The position numbers and the translations under genes were made by a program. Under the pieces are notes generated by a model, which ran no database searches, was not told the DNA's origin, and was given only the letters and a program-made list of their open reading frames with translations. Positions 41,550-51,747 of a stretch of 64,000 nucleotides of DNA are shown here, piece after piece. The stretch is taken from the NCBI GenBank assembly GCA_964603945.1, contig CAZRWP010000005.1, forward strand, positions 432 through 64,431, in the 5' to 3' direction. The stretch is from an uncultured Pseudomonadales bacterium (GTDB taxonomy: Bacteria > Patescibacteriota > Microgenomatia > UBA1400 > UBA1396). How positions within the stretch are numbered: the stretch's first letter is position 1; every line of letters starts with the position of its first letter.

Positions 41550-42938
41550 ATGGGTCTTGTTAAACCAAAGAATAATTCATTCGCCAAGATAAAAGTAATT
41601 GGAGTTGGTGGCGGCGGTGGCAATGCGGTCAGTTCAATGATTGAGTCAGGTACAATTGAAGGCGTCGAATTTGTTTCAATTAACACTGATGCACAAGCAC
41701 TTCTCAATAATAAAGCTGAAACAAAACTGCAAATTGGCTCTGGCTACACCAAGGGTTTAGGCTCAGGCGCTGACCCTGAGGTTGGCCATCAAGCCGCTGA
41801 AGAATCCCGCGAAAAAATCAAAGAGCTCATGTTCGATACCGACATGGTCTTTATAACGGCTGGCATGGGTGGCGGAACCGGAACTGGTGCTTCGCCAATT
41901 GTGGCCGAACTTGCTAAAGAATCCGGCGCACTTACCGTGGCCGTGGTAACAAAGCCATTTTTGTTTGAAGGCATGCGTCGCGGCACAGTTGCCGATGAAG
42001 GAATTGAACTTCTACGCGATCATGTCGACACTTTAATTGTCATCCCCAATCAACGACTTTTGGACGTGGTTGATCGCCAGATGACTTTAATTGAAGCTTT
42101 CCGAGTTGCTGACAGTGTTTTAGGTCAAGGCGTCCAAGGAATTTCTGATCTAATTACTAGACCAGGTTTGGTCAATGTTGACTTTGCAGATGTTAAAACT
42201 ATTATGTTGGATTCCGGCAATGCTCTGATGGGTATTGGTGAGGCGACCGGTGAAAATCGCGCCGTAACAGCCGCTAGAGCGGCCGTTGCTTCACCTCTTC
42301 TGGATGTCTCAATTAATGGCGCCAAGGGAATTTTATACAACATTACCGGAAGTGCAAACATGACTCTGCCAGAAATTTCGGAGGCATCCAATATTATTAA
42401 TCAAGCTACTGATCCTGATGCCAACATCATTTTTGGAGCTACCATTGATGACTCCATGGGTGACAAGATTAAGATCTCAGTAATTGCCACCGGTTTTGAA
42501 AACACCAGCATCGAAGCTTATCGCCGCCCAAGTTTTGGAGCCTATGATCATCCAAATGCTGGGGCACAGTCTGCTAATCGTTCAACAACCGCCTCGTCTA
42601 GAGCAAGCACAAGCCCTAATCAATCAGCCAATGCTTTCTCAAATTCCGCTTTACCTAAATTTCCAGGCTTTATCAGTAATGGACAGTCAACTAATCAGCC
42701 AGCCAAAATTGACGAGGATCAAGGTTCGCTTCAACACAACACACTTAAGTTTCGCAAGCCCGCTTCGGAAAATGACGGATTAATTAATGCTTATCGCCCA
42801 GTTCAAACTGCGCCTCAGCCAACCGCTCAGATCCTGACGAATGAACCAGCACCACCTTCAACGGCCGCCGCGGCTACCGATGACACCGGCTCCGACGATG
42901 ATGAGTTTGATATTCCAGCTTTTCTCCGGAAAAAGTAA
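41550..42938 (+). CDS. ftsZ: cell division protein FtsZ
   Basis: [33 protein letters not shown], long linker and C-terminal DIPAFLRK. Confidence 0.98.
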   Translation: MGLVKPKNNSFAKIKVIGVGGGGGNAVSSMIESGTIEGVEFVSINTDAQALLNNKAETKLQIGSGYTKGLGSGADPEVGHQAAEESREKIKELMFDTDMVFITAGMGGGTGTGASPIVAELAKESGALTVAVVTKPFLFEGMRRGTVADEGIELLRDHVDTLIVIPNQRLLDVVDRQMTLIEAFRVADSVLGQGVQGISDLITRPGLVNVDFADVKTIMLDSGNALMGIGEATGENRAVTAARAAVASPLLDVSINGAKGILYNITGSANMTLPEISEASNIINQATDPDANIIFGATIDDSMGDKIKISVIATGFENTSIEAYRRPSFGAYDHPNAGAQSANRSTTASSRASTSPNQSANAFSNSALPKFPGFISNGQSTNQPAKIDEDQGSLQHNTLKFRKPASENDGLINAYRPVQTAPQPTAQILTNEPAPPSTAAAATDDTGSDDDEFDIPAFLRKK

Positions 42939-42988
42939 ACCAGATCCCAAAACAAGAAATCATCTGGTCAATGTAGTACAATTTCCCC

Positions 42989-45829
42989 ATGTCTAAATCG
43001 CCCCTAAATCTTTCTGATAGACCATCTTTACCTCAGATAGAGGAATCTATTTTGGATTATTGGGATAAGATTAAGGCTTTTGAGCGCTCAGTGGAAGAAC
43101 GGCCAACCGAAAAACCTTATCATTTTTACGATGGCCCGCCATTTGTCACCGGCTCGCCTCACTACGGCAGTATTTTAGGCTCAATTGCTAAGGATGTTGT
43201 ACCGCGTTACTGGACCATGAAAGGTTACCGTGTGGAGCGCCAGTGGGGTTGGGACTGCCACGGCTTGCCGATGGAGCACATGATTGAAAAGGAATTGGGT
43301 CTAAAGGGTGGCCGCAAAGGAATTGAAGAATTTGGTATCGCTAACTTTAATAATGCTTGCCGACAAGCTATCCAAACTTATGATGCTACCTGGGACCGCA
43401 TAATTCGTCGCATTGGCCGTTGGGTCGATTTCAAAAACAGCTACAAAACAATGGACACCGATTACATGGAGTCTGTTTGGTGGGCCTTTAAGGACATGTG
43501 GGAAAAAGACCTAGTTTATGAAGGTCGTAAAGTAATTTTGTATTGTCCCCGTTGTGGCACACCGCTTTCCAACTTCGAAATCGCCATGGATAACAGTTAT
43601 AAAGAAGTAACTGAGCCTGCCAATACTTATAAATATGAAGTTTTACCCGCCACCACCGCCAACGAGGAGGCCATGGCCGGCAAGACCTATTTGCTTGCCT
43701 GGTCAACCACGCCATGGAATAAATTAGCCACGCCGGCCTTAGCCGTTAACCCTGATTTGACCTACGTTAAAGTCAAACAGGGAAGTGAGTTCCTTATTTT
43801 AGCTGAGACACGCCTGGAAATGCTAACAGATGAACCTTATGAGATTGTCGACCGTTTTCCCGGCAGTCAGCTAGTCGGTACTAATTTTGTCGGTCATTAT
43901 GATTTCTATCCAGACTTGCCCGGAAAAAAGTTCGTGGTTATACCTGGTGACTTTGTCACTGCTGAAGGCGGAACGGGAATCGTCACCTTGGCGGTTTATG
44001 GCGAGGACGACTACCAAGTAATGCGCGAACACGGCATTCAGCTGGTGGAGCACGTTGATGAAACCGGCCGACTTAAGCCAGAAGTCACCCCCTGGGCTGG
44101 CCTGGATATTCTTAAAGTTAATCCTTTGGTTAATGAAGATTTGCAAGCGCGCGGCCTAATGTACAGCGAAGAAACTCATACGCACAGCGTGGCCACCTGC
44201 TACCGCTGTGGCACTCGTTTGTTTTACGCCCCAATTCCTGCCTGGTTTATCAATGTCCAAAAACTCAAACCAGACCTCCTTGCTAAAAATGAAGAAATCA
44301 ATTGGTATCCCGACCACTTAAAACATGGCCGCTTTGGCAAGGGTCTGGAAGCCGCGCCAGACTGGAATATTTCCCGCACCCGTTACTGGGCCACACCCAT
44401 GCCGATTTGGCAGGATGAAAGTGGTGAGCACCGCCGGATTGTCGGCTCAATTGAAGAACTTCAAGCTTGGGCAGTTAATCCCGATCAGGTAAAAGATCTC
44501 AATGATATTCATCGCGAATTTATTGATGATATTGAACTCTGGGTTGACGACGCTAAGACGATTAAAGGCAAACGAATCGAAGAAGTATTTGATGTCTGGC
44601 TGGACAGCGGCAGTATGCCTTATGCCAGTCGGCATTATCCATTTGAAAACGTGGCCAAGTTTGAGAACTCGTATCCGGCTCAATTTATTTCTGAATATAT
44701 CGCTCAGACACGTGCCTGGTTCTACTGCATGCACGTACTTTCAGTGGCTTTGTTTAACCAACCTGCTTTCTTGAATGCTCACACAACCGGCGTCGTTTTA
44801 GCCAAGGACGGAACCAAGATGAGTAAGTCCAAGAATAACTTTCCTGATCCGACTGAGTTACTTAACCAAGATGGCGCTGATGCACTCCGCTTATACCTAA
44901 TGGCCAGTCCGGTCACTAAGGCGGAGAATTTAGCCTTCAACTCGGCTGATGTTAGCACTATACGTAAGAGAGTGCTAAACATTTGGTGGAACGTATTTAT
45001 GTTCTTGTATACGTATAAATCAGATGAATATACCCCAAGTATACCCAAAGGTGAACATGTCATGGACGCCTGGATCTTGTCACTAAACGAGCAAACTAAA
45101 ACTGAGCTGACCTCAGCCATGGACAACTATGACCTTACTACCGCTGGCCGTTTGATAATTGAGTTCATCGACCAGCTATCTACCTGGTATCTGCGCCAGT
45201 CTCGCGACCGCCTGCGCCAAGGTGACCAATCGGCCTGGGACACCTTCCACCATGTTCTAAGAGAGTTTGCCCTAATCTCAGCTCCAATCGTGCCTTTTAT
45301 CACTGAAGCCATGTATCTGCATCTGAATCCTCAAGCTGATTCCGTGCATTTAGAGACCTGGCCGGAACCTCTACCGCAATTTGCCGATCCAGATTTACTT
45401 ACTGAGATGGCCAATATCCGACCAGTTGTTGAAGCTGGACACGCCCTACGCAAAGATCAGGGTTTAAAGTTGAGACAGCCTTTAGCCAAACTAGTCGTTA
45501 CCACTCAGCAAGCTAAACCTCGTGAAGATGTATTGTCTGTTTTAGCCCAAGAACTTAACGTTAAACAAGTTGAGTGGCAAGTCGTTGAGGGCGCCGATCT
45601 AAGCGCTGAACTAGACACCGAACTCACCCCTGCCTTAATCGCTGAAGGTCAGGCGCGTGAGATTATTCGCTCAGTTCAACAAGCCCGCAAAGAGGCAGGT
45701 ATAGGCGTGGATGGTTCAATCAACCTTACTTTGCCGGAATGGCCGGCCGAGTTTGAAGACGAGATTCGCGATAAGACCAAGGCGGTCAGCCTTCAAGCCG
45801 GTGAAAGTTTGCAGGTCACCTCAGCCTAA
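42989..45829 (+). CDS. ileS: isoleucine--tRNA ligase (type 2)
   Basis: FYDGPPFVTGSPHYGS, GWDCHGLP, WSTTPW, DWNISRTRYW, DVWLDSGSMP, QTRAWFY and KMSKS. No C-terminal Zn finger. Confidence 0.96.
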   Translation: MSKSPLNLSDRPSLPQIEESILDYWDKIKAFERSVEERPTEKPYHFYDGPPFVTGSPHYGSILGSIAKDVVPRYWTMKGYRVERQWGWDCHGLPMEHMIEKELGLKGGRKGIEEFGIANFNNACRQAIQTYDATWDRIIRRIGRWVDFKNSYKTMDTDYMESVWWAFKDMWEKDLVYEGRKVILYCPRCGTPLSNFEIAMDNSYKEVTEPANTYKYEVLPATTANEEAMAGKTYLLAWSTTPWNKLATPALAVNPDLTYVKVKQGSEFLILAETRLEMLTDEPYEIVDRFPGSQLVGTNFVGHYDFYPDLPGKKFVVIPGDFVTAEGGTGIVTLAVYGEDDYQVMREHGIQLVEHVDETGRLKPEVTPWAGLDILKVNPLVNEDLQARGLMYSEETHTHSVATCYRCGTRLFYAPIPAWFINVQKLKPDLLAKNEEINWYPDHLKHGRFGKGLEAAPDWNISRTRYWATPMPIWQDESGEHRRIVGSIEELQAWAVNPDQVKDLNDIHREFIDDIELWVDDAKTIKGKRIEEVFDVWLDSGSMPYASRHYPFENVAKFENSYPAQFISEYIAQTRAWFYCMHVLSVALFNQPAFLNAHTTGVVLAKDGTKMSKSKNNFPDPTELLNQDGADALRLYLMASPVTKAENLAFNSADVSTIRKRVLNIWWNVFMFLYTYKSDEYTPSIPKGEHVMDAWILSLNEQTKTELTSAMDNYDLTTAGRLIIEFIDQLSTWYLRQSRDRLRQGDQSAWDTFHHVLREFALISAPIVPFITEAMYLHLNPQADSVHLETWPEPLPQFADPDLLTEMANIRPVVEAGHALRKDQGLKLRQPLAKLVVTTQQAKPREDVLSVLAQELNVKQVEWQVVEGADLSAELDTELTPALIAEGQAREIIRSVQQARKEAGIGVDGSINLTLPEWPAEFEDEIRDKTKAVSLQAGESLQVTSA

Positions 45830-45908
45830 AAGCTCCAAGATACGAACGAAGGTGTGATCGCGAAGTAATTTTTGTACAATCGCTAGCTATCACTGTTAAA
45901 CTAGAACT

Positions 45909-46976
45909 ATGCGTCCCCGCAGTTATGTTTTAGTTGTGTTGATTGTCCTGCTTGCCGTGCTGTCGGTCATATCTCTGCGGGGGATTTCTACTAATCTTGC
46001 CTTAAACCAACTGTTTTTCTTTACTTTTGGTCTAATAATATTTTTTGTTACTAGCGCTATTCACTTTAGTAATTGGCTCAATGGTCGCTGGCTCTGGTAC
46101 TTTGGAATTATTGCCCTGCTGATGGTAACTTTGATTTTAGGCCAAGCCACTAAAGGTGCTGTTAGCTGGTTGGAGTTTGGCTCATATCGGCTTCAGCCGT
46201 CTGAATTGCTAAAACCTGTTTTGCTCTTGCTCCTGGCTGGTGAATTTGCCATCGGAAGTCTAAAAAATACTAAAGGAATCTTCCGCTTTGCCTTGTTGGG
46301 CGGCTTACCCCTAATTTTGGTTCTGCTACAACCAGATTTTGGTACTGCTTCAACCTTAATTGTTGGTGTAGTTACCCTATTTATGTTGACCGAACCACCC
46401 AGGCGCCTGATATTTGGATCGGCTTTACTTGGCTGTATTATCGCTGTAATCACCTGGGCCTGGTTGCTTCAGCCATACCAAAAAGACCGCTTGCTTACGT
46501 TTGTTAAGCCTCAGCAAGATACTCAAGGTCGCGGTTATAACGCTCAGCAGGCAATGATTGCGGTAGGTTCTGGCGGACTGACGGGGCAGGGTTGGGGCCA
46601 GGGCAAGCAATCACATTTGAGGTTTTTGCCGGAACGCCAAACTGACTTTTTGTACGCTACCTATGCCGAAGAGCGAGGTTTTATGGGTTCAGCCTGGCTG
46701 GTCCTGCTTTATGCCGGCTTGTTTATTTCTCTCGGCTTAATTGCTAAGGAAATTAACAACAACCAGCAGCGAATTTTTATAATTAGCTCCGCTTCTTTGC
46801 TTTTGGTACAGACTTTTATCAATATCGGCATGAATATCGGCTTAACTCCGGTTACCGGAATTCCATTGCCTTTATTTTCTCTGGGAGGGAGTTCAATTCT
46901 CGCGACCTGTCTAACCTTAGGCTTAATTGAGTCAATCCGCCGGAGTCAATTGCCAGCTAATAATAGCTTTACTTGA
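45909..46976 (+). CDS. rodA: SEDS family peptidoglycan polymerase (RodA/FtsW)
   Basis: LQPSELLK, LQPDFGT, GYNAQQAMIAVGSGG..G.G, LPERQTDF and PVTGIPLPLFSLGGSS. Confidence 0.88.
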   Translation: MRPRSYVLVVLIVLLAVLSVISLRGISTNLALNQLFFFTFGLIIFFVTSAIHFSNWLNGRWLWYFGIIALLMVTLILGQATKGAVSWLEFGSYRLQPSELLKPVLLLLLAGEFAIGSLKNTKGIFRFALLGGLPLILVLLQPDFGTASTLIVGVVTLFMLTEPPRRLIFGSALLGCIIAVITWAWLLQPYQKDRLLTFVKPQQDTQGRGYNAQQAMIAVGSGGLTGQGWGQGKQSHLRFLPERQTDFLYATYAEERGFMGSAWLVLLYAGLFISLGLIAKEINNNQQRIFIISSASLLLVQTFINIGMNIGLTPVTGIPLPLFSLGGSSILATCLTLGLIESIRRSQLPANNSFT

Positions 46977-47003
46977 GAGAACTTGTGTTACAATACATGT
47001 CTC

Positions 47004-47324
47004 ATGAAATACGCAATTATTAACGTACTTGGCAAACAGCAGAGGGTTCAGGAAGGCGATCAGCTTGTGGTTGATCGAATTGCTGAAGCCGACTTTTCTA
47101 AGGACAAATTGGTGATTGATAAAGTTCTACTGCTCAGAACTGACAGTGAGGTTAAAATTGGCACACCTTACGTGGCTGGAGCGACCGTCACTCTTAAGCA
47201 CCTTAACGACCAGCGTGGAGAAAAGATTGAAGTTCGTCAATTTCGAGCTAAATCACGCTATCGCCGCCACCTTGGTCACCGTCAAGAACAAACTGTCCTT
47301 GAGGTTGCCGAAATTTCAGCTTAA
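47004..47324 (+). CDS. rplU: 50S ribosomal protein bL21
   Basis: MKYAII...GKQQRVQEG, IGTPYV.GA.V and KSRYRRHLGHRQ. Confidence 0.96.
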   Translation: MKYAIINVLGKQQRVQEGDQLVVDRIAEADFSKDKLVIDKVLLLRTDSEVKIGTPYVAGATVTLKHLNDQRGEKIEVRQFRAKSRYRRHLGHRQEQTVLEVAEISA

Positions 47325-47341
47325 ACTAAGACACAACTCAC

Positions 47342-48505
47342 ATGCACACCTACCTCTTTCTCTTAGGCTCCACCGCAGATTTATGCTGGGCCGAACTTGA
47401 AACCGTCCTCCATCGTTTTAAATTTCCCGCGCCAGAGCTAGTTACGACTGACTTGGCTAAATTAACTACCTCAGAATCATTATCTAATGAACAATTGGTT
47501 GATCTGCAGACCACCCTGGGTGGCACCATAAAAATCATCAGAATTCTTGAGGAAACAAATCACACTGATCTGTCAGAAGTGAGCGAAATAGTTTTGAAAT
47601 TATTAGCTGACGACAAGCCAAAACGATTTGTGGTCTCCGAATATGGCCGCGACCACCTACCCATGCTTGACGCGATTGAATTTAAGGAGGCTCTACGTTC
47701 CCGCGGAATAAAAAGTAGCTATGTGGAAGCCTCACGTCATGGAGCCAACGCGGCCCAGCTTAAGCGAGGCGCCGAGGAAGTCTATGTTATTCAGTTATCG
47801 GACTCTATTCTTTATGGATGGACTGAAACTGTCCAAGATGTTGATGCCTGGGCCAAACGCGATGTAAAAAAACCAGTTCGCGATCGTGAACGCGGTATGC
47901 TTCAACCTAAAGTGGCTCGCATGATGGTTAATTTAGCTCTTGGTGACGGCAATCCAGCCGACAGCGTAGTTCTGGATCCCTTCTGTGGAACCGGAACCAT
48001 ATTGCTAGAAGCCGCCGAGCTTGGTTCTCTCAATGTATATGGCTCAGATTTCTCAGAAGAACAGATTATTGCTTCAAATAAAAACTTAACTTGGTGGCAG
48101 GATCAATCAAAACATGATTTTGCCTTTGAGTTAGTGCGCCGAGAGGTATCTCACCTGACTCCACGCGATTTTCCCTTGCCTGTAACCCATATCGTCACCG
48201 AGCCATTTTTAGGTCGATTACGACCAGCCCCAGAACAATTACCTAATATTATGCGTGGCCTGGAGAAATTGTATCGAGGCATGATTAAAAGTTTTACTAC
48301 TTTGCTCAAGCCAGGCTCTAGAATTGCTATTATTTTGCCATCCTGGGAAATTAAAAGTCGCAATTATCAATTGGAACAAACATTTGCTGATTTAGAAAAA
48401 GCCGGCTTCAAAATTATGCACGAACCTCTGCGGGCAGGCCGGGTAGGAGCTATTACCCAACGGTTTGTGTATGTGTTAGAATACAACCCTTATGTCGAAA
48501 GTTAA
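47342..48505 (+). CDS. SAM-dependent RNA methyltransferase, Trm11/TrmG10 (UPF0020)-like
   Basis: [34 protein letters not shown] and IVTEPFLG (variant of the DPPY motif IV). Confidence 0.78.
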   Translation: MHTYLFLLGSTADLCWAELETVLHRFKFPAPELVTTDLAKLTTSESLSNEQLVDLQTTLGGTIKIIRILEETNHTDLSEVSEIVLKLLADDKPKRFVVSEYGRDHLPMLDAIEFKEALRSRGIKSSYVEASRHGANAAQLKRGAEEVYVIQLSDSILYGWTETVQDVDAWAKRDVKKPVRDRERGMLQPKVARMMVNLALGDGNPADSVVLDPFCGTGTILLEAAELGSLNVYGSDFSEEQIIASNKNLTWWQDQSKHDFAFELVRREVSHLTPRDFPLPVTHIVTEPFLGRLRPAPEQLPNIMRGLEKLYRGMIKSFTTLLKPGSRIAIILPSWEIKSRNYQLEQTFADLEKAGFKIMHEPLRAGRVGAITQRFVYVLEYNPYVES

Positions 48506-48737
48506 GGCCGGAGGATCAGCCAGACAACACTCTCAGCGCTCAGGCAAACGCCTAGGAGTTAAGTTATTTGGTGGTCAGGCTATTAAAACAGGTCAGATTA
48601 TTGTTCGCCAGAGGGGCACCAAATTTCGCCCTGGCAAAAATGTCGGTTTAGGCCGAGACTTTACGATTTTTTCTCTTAAAGATGGCTTGGTTAAATTTAG
48701 CCGTCGCTTTGGTCGAACAGTCGTAAACGTTGACTAA
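48492..48737 (+). CDS. rpmA: 50S ribosomal protein bL27
   Basis: [43 protein letters not shown]. Confidence 0.96.
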   Translation: MSKVKAGGSARQHSQRSGKRLGVKLFGGQAIKTGQIIVRQRGTKFRPGKNVGLGRDFTIFSLKDGLVKFSRRFGRTVVNVD

Positions 48738-48850
48738 TTTTTAGTCTAACTTTTCAATAAATATTAGCTGTTTAGTTTGTTCTCTAGGACTTTTTAACTG
48801 ATTTTTTCAGAAGATAGTGCGTCAATATTTATTTGCAACTTGGCAAAATA

Positions 48851-49618
48851 TTACTTACTAGTCTCTAATCGCCATTGACCAGATGGCAAATTCCCCAACT
48901 CATATGGACCATGACTGAGACGTACCAGGCGCAATACTTCATGGTTTAATGCCTGCATCATCCGGCGAATCTGGTGGTGACGGCCTTCCTTAATGGTTAT
49001 CTCCAGAATCTGACCAGAATTTGTTTCATCTACTACAATTACGTCTGCGCCTTGTGTACGGCCATCTTTAAGCGGAATACCACTTTGCAGGCGTCTCAGC
49101 TCGGTTGAGGACAAACGACCAGTAATATTCACCTGATAGGTTCGTGGCGATTGATATTTGGGGTGACTAAGCTTGTAGGCCAAATCGCCATCATTAGTTA
49201 GCAATATTAATCCTTCGGACAACTCATCAAGGCGCCCAACTGGAAATAATCGCAAATCTTGATACTGAGGAGGAATATATTTCATCACCGTTGGCTTGCC
49301 ATCTGGATCATTAACTGTTGAGACCACACCTGGCGGTTTATTAATGGCTAGTATTACTTTTTCTTCTTGAATTGTGATTTGTTTGCCTTGATATTCAACC
49401 ACGTCTTGCCCAGGAATTACGCGTCGAGCTACATTATTTTCAACTTGACCATTCACTTTGACTTTTTTGTTGAGGATGAGTTCTTCGGCGCGGCGGCGCG
49501 AAGCGACGCCGCCATGGGCCAAAAAGGCAGCTAATTTTTGACTTTTAGCCTGACTTTTGTCATTGTTGCTTGTCTTAGTTGAATCAATTAATTCTTGATT
49601 GTCAGATTGATAAGTCAT
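48851..49618 (-). CDS. rRNA pseudouridine synthase, RsuA/RluB family with S4 domain
   Basis: GVASRRRAEELI...VKVNG, NKPPGVVST, PVGRLD, GLILLTNDG and EGRHHQIRRM. Confidence 0.93.
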   Translation of the reverse strand: MTYQSDNQELIDSTKTSNNDKSQAKSQKLAAFLAHGGVASRRRAEELILNKKVKVNGQVENNVARRVIPGQDVVEYQGKQITIQEEKVILAINKPPGVVSTVNDPDGKPTVMKYIPPQYQDLRLFPVGRLDELSEGLILLTNDGDLAYKLSHPKYQSPRTYQVNITGRLSSTELRRLQSGIPLKDGRTQGADVIVVDETNSGQILEITIKEGRHHQIRRMMQALNHEVLRLVRLSHGPYELGNLPSGQWRLETSK

Positions 49619-49760
49619 AGCGCTATTGTACTAGGTTTAACTTGATCTGATTTGTTATATTATTTCTTTTTGCCACCTGATAGCAGATTAATGTGTCACT
49701 AACTTTACTTCTTTTCGTGAAATGCTTGTGAAAAGTGTCTAAATTTGATAGGCTCAGCGC

Positions 49761-50588
49761 ATGGACGTCCAAGACCAAAAGGTTCAACAATTAGATGTTA
49801 ACCTGATTCAACCCAACCCTCATCAACCGCGCAAACATTTAGATCAAGAGGACTTAGATGAACTAATGGAATCCATTAATATTCATGGCGTTCTTGAACC
49901 AATTGTTTTAGCTCACACTCCAGCCGGTTACCAAATTATCGCCGGTGAGCGCCGCTGGCGCGCCGCCAAGGCCGCTGGCCTACCAACTGTTCCAGCCATA
50001 ATTAAAAAAACTTCCCCTCGTGGCATGCTAGAAATGTCGATCGTGGAAAACGTTCAGCGCTCAGATCTTAACTCTTTAGAGCGCGCTCATGCCCTAAACC
50101 GGCTGGTAACCGAGTTTCAATTAACCATCAGTCAGGTTTCCCGACAAATCGGGAAGTCTTCATCTTTTGTTTCTAATTCAATCAAACTACTGAGTTTGCC
50201 TGATGCTTTAAAAGACGGACTTTTATCTGGATTGATTACGGAAGGACACGCCCGTGCTTTACAAGCTATCACCAATCAAAAAAGCATGATTGAAGCCTAC
50301 AAAATAATTCTAAAAGAAAACGGCTCCGTGCGCCGGGCTGAAGAACTAGCCCGTAAATTCCGCGATGAAGATGGCGAGGAGCGGGTTCAGCACCGTCCCA
50401 AAATCTTGGTCAGCAAAGAGATTGAAAAGTGGGAATCCACCATGCAAAAAACACTGGGCGAATTGGCCAATGTCAAACTACGCCGCAGTTACCGTCAAAC
50501 CGAGGTTCGAATTAAGCTAAAAGGATCGCTTGAGCAGACTCAGGAAGCTTTAGATAAAATTTTGAGCCTGGCTCGGGACAATCAGTAA
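49761..50588 (+). CDS. parB: chromosome partitioning protein ParB/Spo0J
   Basis: PNPHQPRK, GVLEPI, IAGERRWRAA, ENVQRSDLN, HTH region and GHARAL. Confidence 0.95.
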   Translation: MDVQDQKVQQLDVNLIQPNPHQPRKHLDQEDLDELMESINIHGVLEPIVLAHTPAGYQIIAGERRWRAAKAAGLPTVPAIIKKTSPRGMLEMSIVENVQRSDLNSLERAHALNRLVTEFQLTISQVSRQIGKSSSFVSNSIKLLSLPDALKDGLLSGLITEGHARALQAITNQKSMIEAYKIILKENGSVRRAEELARKFRDEDGEERVQHRPKILVSKEIEKWESTMQKTLGELANVKLRRSYRQTEVRIKLKGSLEQTQEALDKILSLARDNQ

Positions 50589-50690
50589 ACTTGTAAAACT
50601 TGTGGCAATATATGCCAAAACATTTGATTTAACTGCAGCTTAGATGGTCATTTCTATCTGGTGCCACGCCCTTATAACCACTAGATAGGG

Positions 50691-50721
50691 TATAATTAAA
50701 GACTGTTCAATTAATTGAACA
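50691..50721 (+). promoter_or_regulatory. TATAAT -10 box of tRNA-His followed by a perfect 18-bp palindrome TGTTCAATTAATTGAACA
   Basis: TATAAT at 50691-50696; palindrome at 50704-50721, ending 2 nt before the tRNA G-1. Confidence 0.55.
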
Positions 50722-50722
50722 T

Positions 50723-50797
50723 GGTGGTAGTAGCTCAGTTGGTTAGAGCGCCGCCCTGTGGAGGCGGAGGTCGCGGGTTCGAGTCCCGTTTACCACC
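50723..50797 (+). tRNA. tRNA-His(GUG) with encoded G-1 and C73
   Basis: G-GTGGTAGTAGCTCAGTTGGTTAGAGCGCCGCCCTGTGGAGGCGGAGGTCGCGGGTTCGAGTCCCGTTTACCAC-C; anticodon GTG. Confidence 0.95.
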
Positions 50798-50991
50798 CCC
50801 AATAACAAGAGTCTATTAGAACCTTTTTTTGGAATATAATTGTCAGGCTAAAAATTTCCCACGCCTAACGGCACCTAATGAAACTGGATCATACACTGAG
50901 AGCTTTATAACAAAGTTACAATGCCTGGTTGAGAAATACCTTGACTTACATGGAGTCTTGCGACCGCTACATTTGTAACTGGTGTCGTCTA

Positions 50992-51645
50992 CTATCTCAG
51001 AAATCTCTGTAAAGCTCGCGTCGCAATCTCAACATTTTCTTTTTCGATAATAAAAGAAAACTCTGTGTAGGTAGAGATCACTTCAGTAAAGTTAATTTTG
51101 TGCACGGCCAACGCAGCTTGCAGGGTATACAGTACATTCGGTACAGCGAGATACTCTTTTGAGAAACGAACGGTAAGGCCCACTCGATCCCGATAAATAA
51201 CTTTTGGCGATTCACCAAAGTGGTGCACAATATCCTCTAAAAGTACCTGTGGCGCAACAATCGTAATTTCCGACATGCTTTGCGTTACCGTAAAAAAGGC
51301 ATTCTCATCAAGCTCAATGTGGTTATATAAACTGATCATCTGTTTACGTGCCAGCTCGGTTTTACTGAACGAAATATCACACAACGGTGATTTTATGCTC
51401 AAATCATCTATGACCACCTGAGGTCGTAACGTGGTTGAACCATTCATCTCCTGTGCGATTCGCGTCAATGCCACCACCACCGTTCCTTTTTTCACCTCTT
51501 TAAACGTTCTCGCTTCAATGGAGGGCACAATCTGTTCCGCATACGCACTGAAGTTCAACAAACCCGACTGCAGAGCCTGCAGCGCTATGTCGTCTTCCAG
51601 TACATGTGACCTGGTGGCGTCGGTAATCGTTATCATATTTGTCAT
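50992..51645 (-). CDS. ACT-domain protein with N-terminal helical (putative DNA-binding) domain; possible amino-acid-responsive regulator
   Basis: N-terminus ALQSGLLNFSAYAEQI...VKKGTVVVALTR, then two ACT-like repeats (FTVTQSMSEITIV; VPNVLYTLQAALAVHKINFTEVISTYTEFSFII) resembling aspartokinase regulatory ACT domains. No kinase domain. Confidence 0.72.
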   Translation of the reverse strand: MTNMITITDATRSHVLEDDIALQALQSGLLNFSAYAEQIVPSIEARTFKEVKKGTVVVALTRIAQEMNGSTTLRPQVVIDDLSIKSPLCDISFSKTELARKQMISLYNHIELDENAFFTVTQSMSEITIVAPQVLLEDIVHHFGESPKVIYRDRVGLTVRFSKEYLAVPNVLYTLQAALAVHKINFTEVISTYTEFSFIIEKENVEIATRALQRFLR

Positions 51646-51747
51646 ATTTATTACAATTTATACTTTTTTGTTAAATAGTTTTAATTATTTTACATTATAT
51701 CAGTCCAAAAGTACAATCCGACGCAGACAAAGAAAAAAAGGAAACCT

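Noticed and set aside
49710-49725. parS-like TTTTCGTGAAA upstream of parB
   Set aside because: Only a partial match to TGTTTCACGTGAAACA, with wrong spacing and no full palindrome.
50860-50980. attI-like TAACAAAGTT and inverted pair AGTTACAATG/CATTTGTAACT at the island's left edge
   Set aside because: Short AT-rich matches; GTTACAA does not fit GTTRRRY, and there is no integrase or matching site at the right edge. At most a hint of a boundary.
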